DNA of 64,000 nucleotides from contig OZ241856.1 of assembly GCA_965202845.1 (NCBI GenBank), positions 2,473,931-2,537,930 on the forward strand, given 5' to 3'. Positions 36,286-45,133 of this stretch are shown in pieces. Below the pieces are notes generated by a model. That model did not search any database. It was not told the DNA's origin and worked only from the letters and a program-made list of their open reading frames with translations. The stretch is from Candidatus Marinacidobacterium sp. Lineage in GTDB: Bacteria; Acidobacteriota; Vicinamibacteria; Marinacidobacterales; Marinacidobacteraceae. Position 1 is the first letter of the stretch. Each line of letters opens with the position of its first letter. Position numbers and translations under genes: made by a program.

Positions 36286-37368
36286 ATGTTGAAGAGATGT
36301 TTCCAGGCGCTGCGGACCGCGGCGCTTCTTGGAGTCGCCGCCGGCTGCGGCGCCGCCGCCGGGCCCCGGAGCCAGACGGCTTGGAACGAGGACAGCCTGC
36401 TGCCGCCGACCATTCCGTCGGAGGTGCTGGGCGAGCTGAACGGGGTGGAGCTCACCCTGGACGACCTGGCCGAACGCGACCGGTTCCGGCTGGCGCAGCT
36501 CAAGAGCGACTACTTCACCGAAGCGCACCAGATACTGGAAGGCGGGGCGCTCCAGGCGGCGCGCGACCGGCTGATCGAGGAGGCCGCCGCCGAGATGGGC
36601 CTCAGCGTCCAGCAGTACTACTTCGACGAGATCGGGCTGCCGGAGCTGGGCGACGAACAGGTGCGGAACATCTACGAAGCGAACCAGGGGCAGATGGGCG
36701 GGATGTCGCTCGAGGAGGCGGCGCCGATGATCCGCCGCCAGGTGGGCAACCAGATGCTCGAGCAGGCGGTGGCGCAGCGCGGCGACGAGCTTCTGGGGAA
36801 CGCCGCCTGGGAGCTTCGGGTGCCGGCGTTCCGGGTGCAGGTCGAAACCGAGGGACACGCCTCCCTGGGTCCGGCGGACGCTCCGGTGACGGTGGTCGTC
36901 TTTTCCGACTTCGAGTGTCCGTACTGCCGCCGGTTCAACGACGCGCTGGACCGGGTGCGGGAGGAGTTCTCCGACCAGATGCGCCTGGTGTTCCGGCACT
37001 ATCCGCTGCGCGCCATCCATCCGCTGGCGCAAAAGGCCGGCGAGGCCGCCGTCTGCGCCGGGGACCAGGGGAAATTCTGGGAATACCACGACGCGCTCTG
37101 GACGGATACCAGCCTGGCGCCGGACACGCTGGAGCAGCACGCCCGGCTGGTCGGGCTGGACACCGAGGAGTTCGCCGAGTGTCTGAACTCGGGGCGCAAC
37201 TACCAGCGGGTGCAGACGGATGTGGAAACGGCGATGGACCTGGGGCAGAGCGGGACGCCGGCGGTGTTCGTGAACGGGCGCAAGGTCGGCGGCGCGATCG
37301 GGTACACGCAGTTCCGCGCCGAGATCGAGCGCGAGCTTCCGAAGGCGGAAGAGGATGCCGAAAACTGA
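36286..37368 (+). CDS. DsbA-like thioredoxin-fold lipoprotein
   Basis: Lipobox LGVAAGC. C-terminal thioredoxin domain with FECPYCRRF active site and GTPAVFVNG. Confidence 0.8.
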   Translation: MLKRCFQALRTAALLGVAAGCGAAAGPRSQTAWNEDSLLPPTIPSEVLGELNGVELTLDDLAERDRFRLAQLKSDYFTEAHQILEGGALQAARDRLIEEAAAEMGLSVQQYYFDEIGLPELGDEQVRNIYEANQGQMGGMSLEEAAPMIRRQVGNQMLEQAVAQRGDELLGNAAWELRVPAFRVQVETEGHASLGPADAPVTVVVFSDFECPYCRRFNDALDRVREEFSDQMRLVFRHYPLRAIHPLAQKAGEAAVCAGDQGKFWEYHDALWTDTSLAPDTLEQHARLVGLDTEEFAECLNSGRNYQRVQTDVETAMDLGQSGTPAVFVNGRKVGGAIGYTQFRAEIERELPKAEEDAEN

Positions 37369-37759
37369 CGTCCTGAGCCCGGAGGTTCGCGCGTTTCTGG
37401 CGGCGAAGACCTTCATCCACCTGGCCACCCGGATGCCCGACGGCGGCCCGCAGGTCTCCCCGGTCTGGGTGGAGACCGACGGGGACTTGATCCTGGTCAA
37501 CTCGGCGGTGGGCCGGATCAAGGACCGGAACATCCGCGCCGACCAGCGGGTGGCGCTCTCCGCCGTCCATCCCGACGATCCCTACCGGGCGCTCATGATC
37601 CGGGGTCGGGTGGTGCGGATCACCGAAGAGGGCGGCGAGGAGGGGATCGACCGGCTGGCGCGGAAGTATGTGGGGACCGACCGCTACCAGTGGCGGCGCC
37701 CCGGCGAAGTCCGGGTCGTGTACCACATCCAGCCGGAAACCGTGGCGACGATGGGGTGA
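37355..37759 (+). CDS. PPOX-class (pyridoxamine 5'-phosphate oxidase-like, probably F420/FMN-binding) protein
   Basis: 134 aa. FIHLATRMPDGGPQVSPVWVE...LILVNS pattern of split-barrel PPOX proteins. Confidence 0.75.
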   Translation: MPKTDVLSPEVRAFLAAKTFIHLATRMPDGGPQVSPVWVETDGDLILVNSAVGRIKDRNIRADQRVALSAVHPDDPYRALMIRGRVVRITEEGGEEGIDRLARKYVGTDRYQWRRPGEVRVVYHIQPETVATMG

Positions 37760-38001
37760 TCGCCCGCCCGCGCTGCCGGATGCCCCGGTTCGTCCGGGAG
37801 GCGCTGGAGGCGGAGGGTCTGATGGAGGACTACCGGGCGCGGCCCGCCTACCAGCGGAACGACTACCTGGGCTGGATCCTCCGCGCCAAACGGCCGGAGA
37901 CCGGTCACCGCCGGCTGCGCCGGATGCTGGACGAGCTGTGCGCCGGCGGGGTGTACATGGGGATGGAGCACCGGCCGAGCCGCCGGAGCGACGCGACCTG
38001 A
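37756..38001 (+). CDS. YdeI/OmpD-associated family small protein
   Basis: PAYQRNDYLGWILRAKRPETGHRRLRRMLDEL matches the YdeI C-terminal pattern. GTGA overlap start; alternative ATG at 37780. Confidence 0.55.
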   Translation: MIARPRCRMPRFVREALEAEGLMEDYRARPAYQRNDYLGWILRAKRPETGHRRLRRMLDELCAGGVYMGMEHRPSRRSDAT

Positions 38002-39743
38002 TGCCCTCCGACGAGACCCTCCGCCAGCGACTGCGGCTGGGCGAGGACAGCGGATGGGAGTTCAAGCAGGTGGAGTTTGCCGGCGACCGCCCCCGGAGCC
38101 CGGGACGGGACGCGCTCGCCCAGGAGATGGTCGCGTTCGCCAACGCGAGCGGCGGACGCCTCCTGCTGGGCGTGACCGACGAGGGGTCGCTCCAGGGGCT
38201 GTCCCGGGAGCAGCTGGACGCGCTCGGCGACCTGCTGGCCGAATTGGGCGCGGACGCCATCAAGCCGCCGCTGCGCATCGACGTGCACAAACGCCGTCTG
38301 GACGGCAAGTCGTTCCTTCTGGTCGATGTTCCCCGGGGCGATTCGCTGCACGAACTCGGCGGACGAAGCTGGGTCCGGGTCGGGGCGGGCAAGCGCCGGA
38401 TGACCGGCGACGAACCGATGCGGCTGGCGCAGCGTCGCGGACAGGCCCGGCGCGCGTCGTTCGACGAGCAGCCGGTGGCGGGGACCGGTTTCGACACACT
38501 GGATCCCGAACTCTGGCGGCCGCTGCTGAGCGCCGAGGGTGCCGCCGAGCCGGAGATCGCGCTGGAGAAGCTCGCGCTCCTCGGCGTGGACGAATCCGGC
38601 GTCCGGCGCGCCACCGTGGCCGGTCTGCTTCTTTGCGCCCGGAGTCCCGAGCAGTGGCTTCCGGGCGCGGTGATCACGGCGACCCGGTATCAAGGGACGG
38701 ACCGCGCATCCGGCCAGCTGGACGCGCAGGAAATCACCGGCCCGCTCCCCCGGCAGATTGCGGACGCGGTGGGGTTCGCAAAGCGGAACATGCTGGTCTC
38801 CGCCCGCAAGACCCCGGAACGAAGCGACATGCCGCAGTACAGCGACAAGGCGGTTTTCGAGGCGATCGTGAACGCGGCGGCGCACCGCGACTACGCGGTC
38901 CGGGGCAGTCGAATCCGGCTGTCCATGTTCTCCGACCGCCTGGAAATCCAGTCGCCTGGCGCGCTCCCGAACAACCTGACTCTGGAAGGCATGGCGCTGC
39001 GGCAATCGACCCGGAACGAGGCCGTCGTTTCGGCGCTGGGCCGCATCGGGGTGGGCGCCACGCACGGCGCCGGGGAACGGCGGTACTTCATCGAGCGGCG
39101 CGGAGACGGGGTGCCCATCATCCAGCGCGAGACCCGCGCGCTTTCGGGGCGGCTCCCGGAGTACCGGACGCCCGACGGCGCAGAGGTCCTGCTGCGGATT
39201 CCCGCCGCGCTCCAGCGCGCCGCTCCGGCGCGGGTGGTCATCACCGTGCAGGCCGGGGGACGTCCCCTGCCGGGAGCGGAGGTTCTGGCGCTGTTTCCGA
39301 ATCGGACCTGGAAGCAGGCGACCGCGGACGAAAACGGGGAAGCGGTCATGGACTTGTATACGACCGAACTGCCGATGGCCGTGTTCGGGGCGGCGCCCGG
39401 ACACGCGGCCCGCTTCGAGCCGGAGTGGCGCCCCGCCGACGGCGCCCTGGCGCTCGATCTGCGTCCGCTGCCCGGAGGCGGAAGCGTCATCTTCCCGGAA
39501 GCGACCGGCCAGCTGCCGGGGTTGAAGGGGCGCCTGAACCCGATCCGCGACGAAATGGATCGCACCTGCCTGTACGCTTCCAACATCGCGGTAGGCCGGG
39601 GACGGGCGCAGCCGGTTTTCTTCGTTCCCGGCGAAGCGCTCCGGCTGACCGATGCGGACGGCGCGGCGCGCACCGTGCGCATCCTTGCGGTCGTCGGGCG
39701 CTCCGCGCTGGTGGAGTATCAGACGCCGCCGGAAGGGGAGTAA
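38001..39743 (+). CDS. AlbA_2 (Schlafen-like) + HATPase_c_4 putative DNA-binding protein with extra C-terminal beta-rich domain
   Basis: 580 aa. GEDSGWEFKQV...AFANASGGRLLLGV (AlbA_2), VFEAIVNAAAHRDY (HATPase_c_4-like), and a ~170-aa C-terminal extension starting VVITVQAGGRPLPGAEVLAL. Confidence 0.7.
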   Translation: MPSDETLRQRLRLGEDSGWEFKQVEFAGDRPRSPGRDALAQEMVAFANASGGRLLLGVTDEGSLQGLSREQLDALGDLLAELGADAIKPPLRIDVHKRRLDGKSFLLVDVPRGDSLHELGGRSWVRVGAGKRRMTGDEPMRLAQRRGQARRASFDEQPVAGTGFDTLDPELWRPLLSAEGAAEPEIALEKLALLGVDESGVRRATVAGLLLCARSPEQWLPGAVITATRYQGTDRASGQLDAQEITGPLPRQIADAVGFAKRNMLVSARKTPERSDMPQYSDKAVFEAIVNAAAHRDYAVRGSRIRLSMFSDRLEIQSPGALPNNLTLEGMALRQSTRNEAVVSALGRIGVGATHGAGERRYFIERRGDGVPIIQRETRALSGRLPEYRTPDGAEVLLRIPAALQRAAPARVVITVQAGGRPLPGAEVLALFPNRTWKQATADENGEAVMDLYTTELPMAVFGAAPGHAARFEPEWRPADGALALDLRPLPGGGSVIFPEATGQLPGLKGRLNPIRDEMDRTCLYASNIAVGRGRAQPVFFVPGEALRLTDADGAARTVRILAVVGRSALVEYQTPPEGE

Positions 39744-39760
39744 GCGCCGCGGATCCAGAA

Positions 39761-40108
39761 TCAGCGAATCCGCCTGACCGCAACCGCCTCGTCCATGCCT
39801 TCAACGAGCATCTTGCAGCGACCGGACGCGGCGTAAATCGCCACTTCCGGCATGTACCGGTACGCATATGCGTACACGTACTCCGCCTGCTCCCAGACCT
39901 GTCCGTTGACGAGCTCGACGATCGTGTCTCCGTCCCAGCCTTCGAACTCCCCGTCAATGTGACTCCTGACGGTCGGAAGGCAGCTGATCCGGCCTGATTC
40001 CGCGCGCAGCCACGCCCCCTCGATGGCCTGCTCCTTCCGGAACCCCTGCGCGGCTGCGATCCCGCTGAAAAGGGCGACCAGGATCGCAACAAGCGCCAAG
40101 CGCCGCAC
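39761..40108 (-). CDS. Small secreted hypothetical protein
   Basis: 115 aa with a signal peptide (LVAILVALFSGIAAAQG). No family recognised. Confidence 0.5.
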   Translation of the reverse strand: MRRLALVAILVALFSGIAAAQGFRKEQAIEGAWLRAESGRISCLPTVRSHIDGEFEGWDGDTIVELVNGQVWEQAEYVYAYAYRYMPEVAIYAASGRCKMLVEGMDEAVAVRRIR

Positions 40109-40124
40109 AAGCGCCTCCGGCCGG

Positions 40125-40553
40125 TCAGATGCCGATGACCTGGGCGGTCACCGTCCGCTGGCGCGGGCCGTCCAGCTCGGCGAACAGGATGCTCTGCCAC
40201 TGCCCCATACGGAGCTCCCCTTCCTGGATCGGGATGGTCACGTTGTTGCCCAGCAGCGTCGCGCGCAGGTGGGCGGCGGCGTTCTTGCGCTCGCAATCGG
40301 AGCAGTCCTCGCAGTTGTGGAGGTAGCCGGCGTCGGTCTCCACCAGCCGCTCGAGGAATTCGTTCAGGTCCGCCATCAGCGCCGCCTGGAACTCGTTCAG
40401 GAAGAGCGCGGTGGTGGTGTGGAGCGTCGAGAGCACGAGGAACCCGGCCCGGATGCCCGAAGCCCGCACCTGCTCGCGCACCTTCTCGCTGATGTTCTGC
40501 ATCTCCACCCGCGACTTGGTGACCACCCGGAACGTCCGGGCCATGACCTTCAT
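40125..40553 (-). CDS. YjbQ/UPF0047 family protein (secondary thiamine-phosphate synthase-like)
   Basis: STLHTTTALFLNE and AAAHLRATLLG motifs. Start set at internal Met (MKVMARTF) to match the usual ~140-aa family length. Confidence 0.8.
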   Translation of the reverse strand: MKVMARTFRVVTKSRVEMQNISEKVREQVRASGIRAGFLVLSTLHTTTALFLNEFQAALMADLNEFLERLVETDAGYLHNCEDCSDCERKNAAAHLRATLLGNNVTIPIQEGELRMGQWQSILFAELDGPRQRTVTAQVIGI

Positions 40554-40699
40554 CTGGCCCTCCAGGGCCGGGCCGTCTTTCAGGGAAGTCCCAGTGGGGG
40601 CGGGTGATGTCTCGACGGGGGACAAGGGCTTACACTCCTCTTCGGTCGGAACGCGATGACCGGCAGCGCAGTGTATCAATCCGGGGCGGTTCCGGCGGA

Positions 40700-42154
40700 G
40701 TGAGCGGCGGGGCGTCTGCGCTGGAAGCGCTCGCGGCCGAGCTCGGCCCGCTTTTGGGCGCCGACCGCTTCCTCGTGCGCCCGGAGCACGTGCTCCCCTA
40801 CGAGTGCGACGGCAGCACCGCCTACCGGAGCTGCCCGGAGGCGGTGGCGCTGCCGCGCTCCACCGAAGAAGTCGCGGCCATCGTCCGGGCAGCGGCGCGG
40901 CTGGGCGTCCCGTGCACCGCCCGGGGCGCCGGCACCGGGCTTTCGGGGGGCGCCACCCCGCTCGAGGGCGGCGTGGTCGTTTCGCTGGCCGCGATGAACC
41001 GGGTGCTCGCCGTCGATCCCGACGAGCGCGCCGCCCGCTGCCAAACCGGCGTGGTGAACCTGGACATCTCCCGCGCCGCCGCGCCCCACCGGCTGTTCTT
41101 CGCGCCCGACCCCTCCAGCCAGTCCGCCTGCACGCTGGGCGGCAACATCGCCGAGAACTCCGGCGGCCCCCACTGTCTCAAGCTCGGCGCCACCGCCGCG
41201 CACATCATCGCCGCCGCCGTGGTGCTGGACGACGGCGAGGTGGTCGAGCTCGCCGAGGGGGACCCCGGATTCGACCTGCTCGGCCTGTTCATCGGGTCGG
41301 AAGGCACCTTCGGCATCGCCACCGAAGCCACCGTGCGATTGCTCCCCATTCCGGACGAGACCGCGACCCTGCTCGCTCCCTTCGCCGACCTGGTTCCGGC
41401 CTGCGAGGCGGTCTCGCGGATCGTCGCCCGCGGGGTGCTGCCGGTGGCCATGGAGATGCTCGACCAGGCCGCCATCCAGGTGGTGGAGGCCGGGGTCGGC
41501 GCCGGATATCCGAAGGACGCCGGGGCGGTGCTGCTGGTGGAGCTGGACGGAACCGCGCCGGCGGTCGCGCGCCAGCGGAAGGAGGTGGAGCGGTCGCTCG
41601 CCGCCTGCGGCGCGCTCGAGATCCGGGTCGCCGAGGACGCGAAGGAGCGCGAACTGCTCTGGCTGGGGCGGAAGCGGGCGTTCGGGGCGATGGGACGGAT
41701 CTCCACCGATCTCTACGTTCAGGACGGGGTGGTGCCGCGCTCGGCGCTCCCCGAAGTGATCGCCGAGGTGGAGCGGATCGGGAAGCGCCACCGGGTACGC
41801 ATCGCCAACGTCTTCCACGCCGGCGACGGGAACCTGCACCCTTGCATCTCCTACGACGGGCGCGACCCCGACGAGAAGGCGCGGGTGCTGCGCGCCAGCC
41901 ACGAACTGCTGGAGCTCTGCGCGCGTTCGGGGGGCGTGCTTTCCGGCGAGCACGGCGTGGGGATCGAGAAGCGGGACGCCCTGTCGCTGCTGTTCGGCGA
42001 GGCGGACATCGCCGCCATGGAGCGCGTCCGGGACGCCTGGAACCGGAAGGGCTTGCTGAACCCCGGCAAGATCCTGCCGAGCGGCGGGGGAGGCTGCGGC
42101 GAGGCGCTTGCCGCCGGCCGGGTGGCGGCGGCGGGGCCGGGAGCCTGGATCTGA
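40700..42154 (+). CDS. glcD: Glycolate oxidase FAD-linked subunit GlcD
   Basis: FAD_binding_4 motifs (ARGAGTGLSGGA, NIAENSGGPHCLK) and C-terminal GEHGVGIEK. Start uncertain (GTG at 40700 chosen). Confidence 0.8.
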   Translation: MSGGASALEALAAELGPLLGADRFLVRPEHVLPYECDGSTAYRSCPEAVALPRSTEEVAAIVRAAARLGVPCTARGAGTGLSGGATPLEGGVVVSLAAMNRVLAVDPDERAARCQTGVVNLDISRAAAPHRLFFAPDPSSQSACTLGGNIAENSGGPHCLKLGATAAHIIAAAVVLDDGEVVELAEGDPGFDLLGLFIGSEGTFGIATEATVRLLPIPDETATLLAPFADLVPACEAVSRIVARGVLPVAMEMLDQAAIQVVEAGVGAGYPKDAGAVLLVELDGTAPAVARQRKEVERSLAACGALEIRVAEDAKERELLWLGRKRAFGAMGRISTDLYVQDGVVPRSALPEVIAEVERIGKRHRVRIANVFHAGDGNLHPCISYDGRDPDEKARVLRASHELLELCARSGGVLSGEHGVGIEKRDALSLLFGEADIAAMERVRDAWNRKGLLNPGKILPSGGGGCGEALAAGRVAAAGPGAWI

Positions 42155-43284
42155 ACCCTCCGGTTCTCCGTCCCGAAGACGAGGCGGAGGCCGCCGCCGT
42201 GCTGGCCGCCGCGAACGCCGACGGCCGCAAGGCGCTCCTGGAGGGCGGCGGAACCCGCATGCGCCTGGGGGCGCCGCCCGACCGGGTGGACCTGAAGCTC
42301 TCCACCACCGGCCTCGCCGGAATCGTCGAACACCACCGGAGCGACCACACCGTCGAAGTCCGGGCCGGAACCACGGTGGCCGCCCTCAACCGGGAGCTGG
42401 CGCCCTCCGGCCAGTTCCTGCCGCTGGATCCGCCGCTCCCCGACCGGGCCACGCTCGGCGGGGTGATCGCCGCCGGCGACCCCGGCTATCGAAGGGCGCC
42501 CGGAGCGCGTCCCGGCGATCTGCTGCTCGGCCTCTCCGCAGTGCTGGGCGACGGAACGCCCATCCACTCCGGCGGCCGGGTCGTAAAGAACGTCACCGGC
42601 TACGAACTGGGGCGGCTGTTCACCGGCTCGCTGGGGACGCTCGGCATGCTCACCCGGGTGGTGCTGCGCCTGCGGGCGCTCCCCGAAGCGTCGCGCACCG
42701 TCCTGCTGCCGCTGCCGCCGGGGGACCCGGTCGAAACCTTCGTGAACAGGGCGCTTGCCGGGAGCGGCGGAGAGGCGACGGCGATAGCCCCTCCGGGCAC
42801 CGGGATTCCCGGTCTTCCCGAAGGGCACGACGGCTTCACGCTGGCGGTGCGCCACGAGGGGCTCCGGGAGGAGGCCGCCGCCGGGAAGGGGCCGGCGATG
42901 GAACCCGACGAGGAAGCCCGCTTCTGGGCCGGGGTGCGGGACTTTCCGGTCGTCGCGCCGCAGCGTCTCGGCGGATGCGGCCTTCGGGGGACGGGGCGCC
43001 GGACCGCAGTGCTGCGTACCGCCTGGAAATGGGCAGCGTTCGGGCCGGCACTCGCGCTTCCCGACGTCCCGCGGGTCTTCGCCGCCGTGCCGCCGGACCG
43101 TCTGGACGCCGCCCTCGAGACGGCGCGGGAGGAAGGCGTCGCGGTGGGGATCGAGAACGCGGCCGCCGGGGAGGCGTTCCACCCGCCGCCGTCCGCCCCG
43201 GCGGCCGCATTGATGCGCCGGATCCGGATCGCCCTGGATCCGCGGGATACCCTCGCGCCCGGACGCTTCCCGTGGACCCGATGA
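42145..43284 (+). CDS. glcE: Glycolate oxidase FAD-binding subunit GlcE
   Basis: GGGTRMRLG...VEVRAGTTVAALNRELAPSGQFLPLDPP...VKNVTGYEL pattern. No ATG or GTG is available near the expected N-terminus, so the start (CTG?) is uncertain. Confidence 0.6.
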   Translation: MDLNPPVLRPEDEAEAAAVLAAANADGRKALLEGGGTRMRLGAPPDRVDLKLSTTGLAGIVEHHRSDHTVEVRAGTTVAALNRELAPSGQFLPLDPPLPDRATLGGVIAAGDPGYRRAPGARPGDLLLGLSAVLGDGTPIHSGGRVVKNVTGYELGRLFTGSLGTLGMLTRVVLRLRALPEASRTVLLPLPPGDPVETFVNRALAGSGGEATAIAPPGTGIPGLPEGHDGFTLAVRHEGLREEAAAGKGPAMEPDEEARFWAGVRDFPVVAPQRLGGCGLRGTGRRTAVLRTAWKWAAFGPALALPDVPRVFAAVPPDRLDAALETAREEGVAVGIENAAAGEAFHPPPSAPAAALMRRIRIALDPRDTLAPGRFPWTR

Positions 43285-44555
43285 CGACCGCCGCAACCCA
43301 CCACCGGAAGCTCTACGAGCAGACGCTCGCCTGCGTCCACTGCGGCCTCTGCCTCCCGGCGTGCCCGGCCTACGAGAACGCGCCCCGGGAATCGCTCGCG
43401 CCCCGCGGCCAGGTCTTCAATGCGCGGGCGGTGCTGGAGGGGCGACTCGAACCGAACGCCGGATTCGCCGAGGACCTCCACGAGTGCCTCGCCTGCCGCG
43501 GCTGCGAGACGGTCTGCCCCGCCGGGGTGCAGGTGGGGGCCATCGTCGAGGGGATGCGCGGCCTGGTGACCGAAGCGGCGAGCGAACCGTGGCGCGTCCG
43601 GTTCCTTCGCCGGATCGCCCTGGGGCAGATCGTGGCGCGTCCGACGGCGCTGCGGCTGGCGATGGCGCTGCTGCGGCTCTCGGAGCGCCTGGGGTTGCGG
43701 CGGCTGGCGCGGCGCATCCTCCCCAGAATGTCTCCGGCGCTCGCCGCCGCCGAACGCATGCTTCCCGAAGTTCCGACGCGGCGGCGGTTGCCCCGACGCA
43801 GTACGCCCGCGACCGAAGTCCGGCGCGGCCAGGTCGCCCTGTTCGCCGGGTGCGTCGCGCCCCATCTCCGCCCCCGGACGTCGCTCGCCACCATCGAAGC
43901 GCTGACCCGCAACGGCTGGGAGGTGATCGTTCCCGAACGTCAGGGGTGCTGCGGCGCGCTCCATCTCCACGCCGGTCTCCCGGACGTCGCCCGCAGGCTG
44001 GCGCGGCGAAACCTCGCGGCGTTCCCGGGCGGCATCCCGATCCTCACCACCGCCGCCGGCTGCGGCGCGGCGCTGGCCGAAACCAGGGACCTCCTCCCCG
44101 GCGACGACGAGGCCCGCGGCTTCGGGGCGCGGGTGCGGGATGTTTCGGCGTTCCTTGACGACGAGGGGTTCGCGCCGCCGGACGCGCCGCCGCGCGACCG
44201 CCCGCTCCGGGTGGTGTATGACGCCCCCTGCCATCTCTTCCACGCGCAGCGGGTCCGGGACCAGCCGCTTCGCCTGCTGGAAGCGATTCCGGGGGTGGAG
44301 ATGGTGACGGTGCGCGACCCGGAGCGGTGCTGCGGCAGCGCCGGCATCTACAACATCACCCGGCGGGAGACCTCGATGGCGGTTCTCGACCGGAAGATGG
44401 CGAACATCGCGCCCGCCCGCCCCGACTGCATCGCCACCGGGAACATCGGCTGCCACCTGCAGCTTGCCGAGGGCGTCCGCCGCGCCGGGATCGAGGCCGA
44501 GGTGGCCCACCCGGTGGAACTGCTCGCCGACGCCTACCGGAGGGGGTACGGATAG
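43281..44555 (+). CDS. glcF: Glycolate oxidase iron-sulfur subunit GlcF
   Basis: Two 4Fe-4S motifs (CVHCGLCLPACP, CLACRGCETVCP) followed by CCG domains. ATGA overlap with glcE. Confidence 0.8.
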   Translation: MTTAATHHRKLYEQTLACVHCGLCLPACPAYENAPRESLAPRGQVFNARAVLEGRLEPNAGFAEDLHECLACRGCETVCPAGVQVGAIVEGMRGLVTEAASEPWRVRFLRRIALGQIVARPTALRLAMALLRLSERLGLRRLARRILPRMSPALAAAERMLPEVPTRRRLPRRSTPATEVRRGQVALFAGCVAPHLRPRTSLATIEALTRNGWEVIVPERQGCCGALHLHAGLPDVARRLARRNLAAFPGGIPILTTAAGCGAALAETRDLLPGDDEARGFGARVRDVSAFLDDEGFAPPDAPPRDRPLRVVYDAPCHLFHAQRVRDQPLRLLEAIPGVEMVTVRDPERCCGSAGIYNITRRETSMAVLDRKMANIAPARPDCIATGNIGCHLQLAEGVRRAGIEAEVAHPVELLADAYRRGYG

Positions 44556-45133
44556 CGAAGCTGTAGCGTCTTCTGGAACGCCCGAAACGCGCTCAGATGT
44601 TCGAGCGGACTGAAGTCGGCGATGTGATTCGCGACGCTCACCCGGCGTTTCCGAAGATCGCGCTGGAAGCGCTCGCCGCGGCGACCGGTCGGCGAACCGG
44701 CTGCCTCAATCAGAAGAGTGGTCAGTTTTTCCTTGGGGTTCGCAATGTTCTCGATTTCGCGGAGGGCGGGGACGGACACGCGGGCCTTCGGCGAACCGGC
44801 CGCTCGCGCAATGGCGGAGCCGTCGATCAGCAACCAGGCCTCGGACATCCGAACCGGGATGACCGGCACGACGTCCTGGCGTTCGTCAAGTTCGAATTCC
44901 CGCAGGCGCTCCTCCAACGTGGCGTTCTCCGCATCACGATGGACGAATATCAACATCACTTCGGGCCGGCGCGAAGCGAGGAATTCGGCGACGCTCCCGG
45001 TACGTTTTCGGAACACGGGTTCGAGTATCTCCACATTGGGATCAAGTCGATGCACCGCCCACTGCATGATGGGAATGAGCATGCGGTCCGTGCCCCCATC
45101 GGCCACCACCGCATACGTCAACTGCCGATTCAC
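44534..45133 (-). CDS. DUF4276-like (TOPRIM-like?) protein partnered with the upstream AAA ATPase
   Basis: GTG start overlaps the ATPase stop (GTGA). 199 aa. The acidic motifs VADGGTD, FVHRDAE and MSEAWLLIDG are spaced as I recall for DUF4276. The track start at 45253 is rejected. Confidence 0.5.
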   Translation of the reverse strand: MNRQLTYAVVADGGTDRMLIPIMQWAVHRLDPNVEILEPVFRKRTGSVAEFLASRRPEVMLIFVHRDAENATLEERLREFELDERQDVVPVIPVRMSEAWLLIDGSAIARAAGSPKARVSVPALREIENIANPKEKLTTLLIEAAGSPTGRRGERFQRDLRKRRVSVANHIADFSPLEHLSAFRAFQKTLQLRYPYPLR

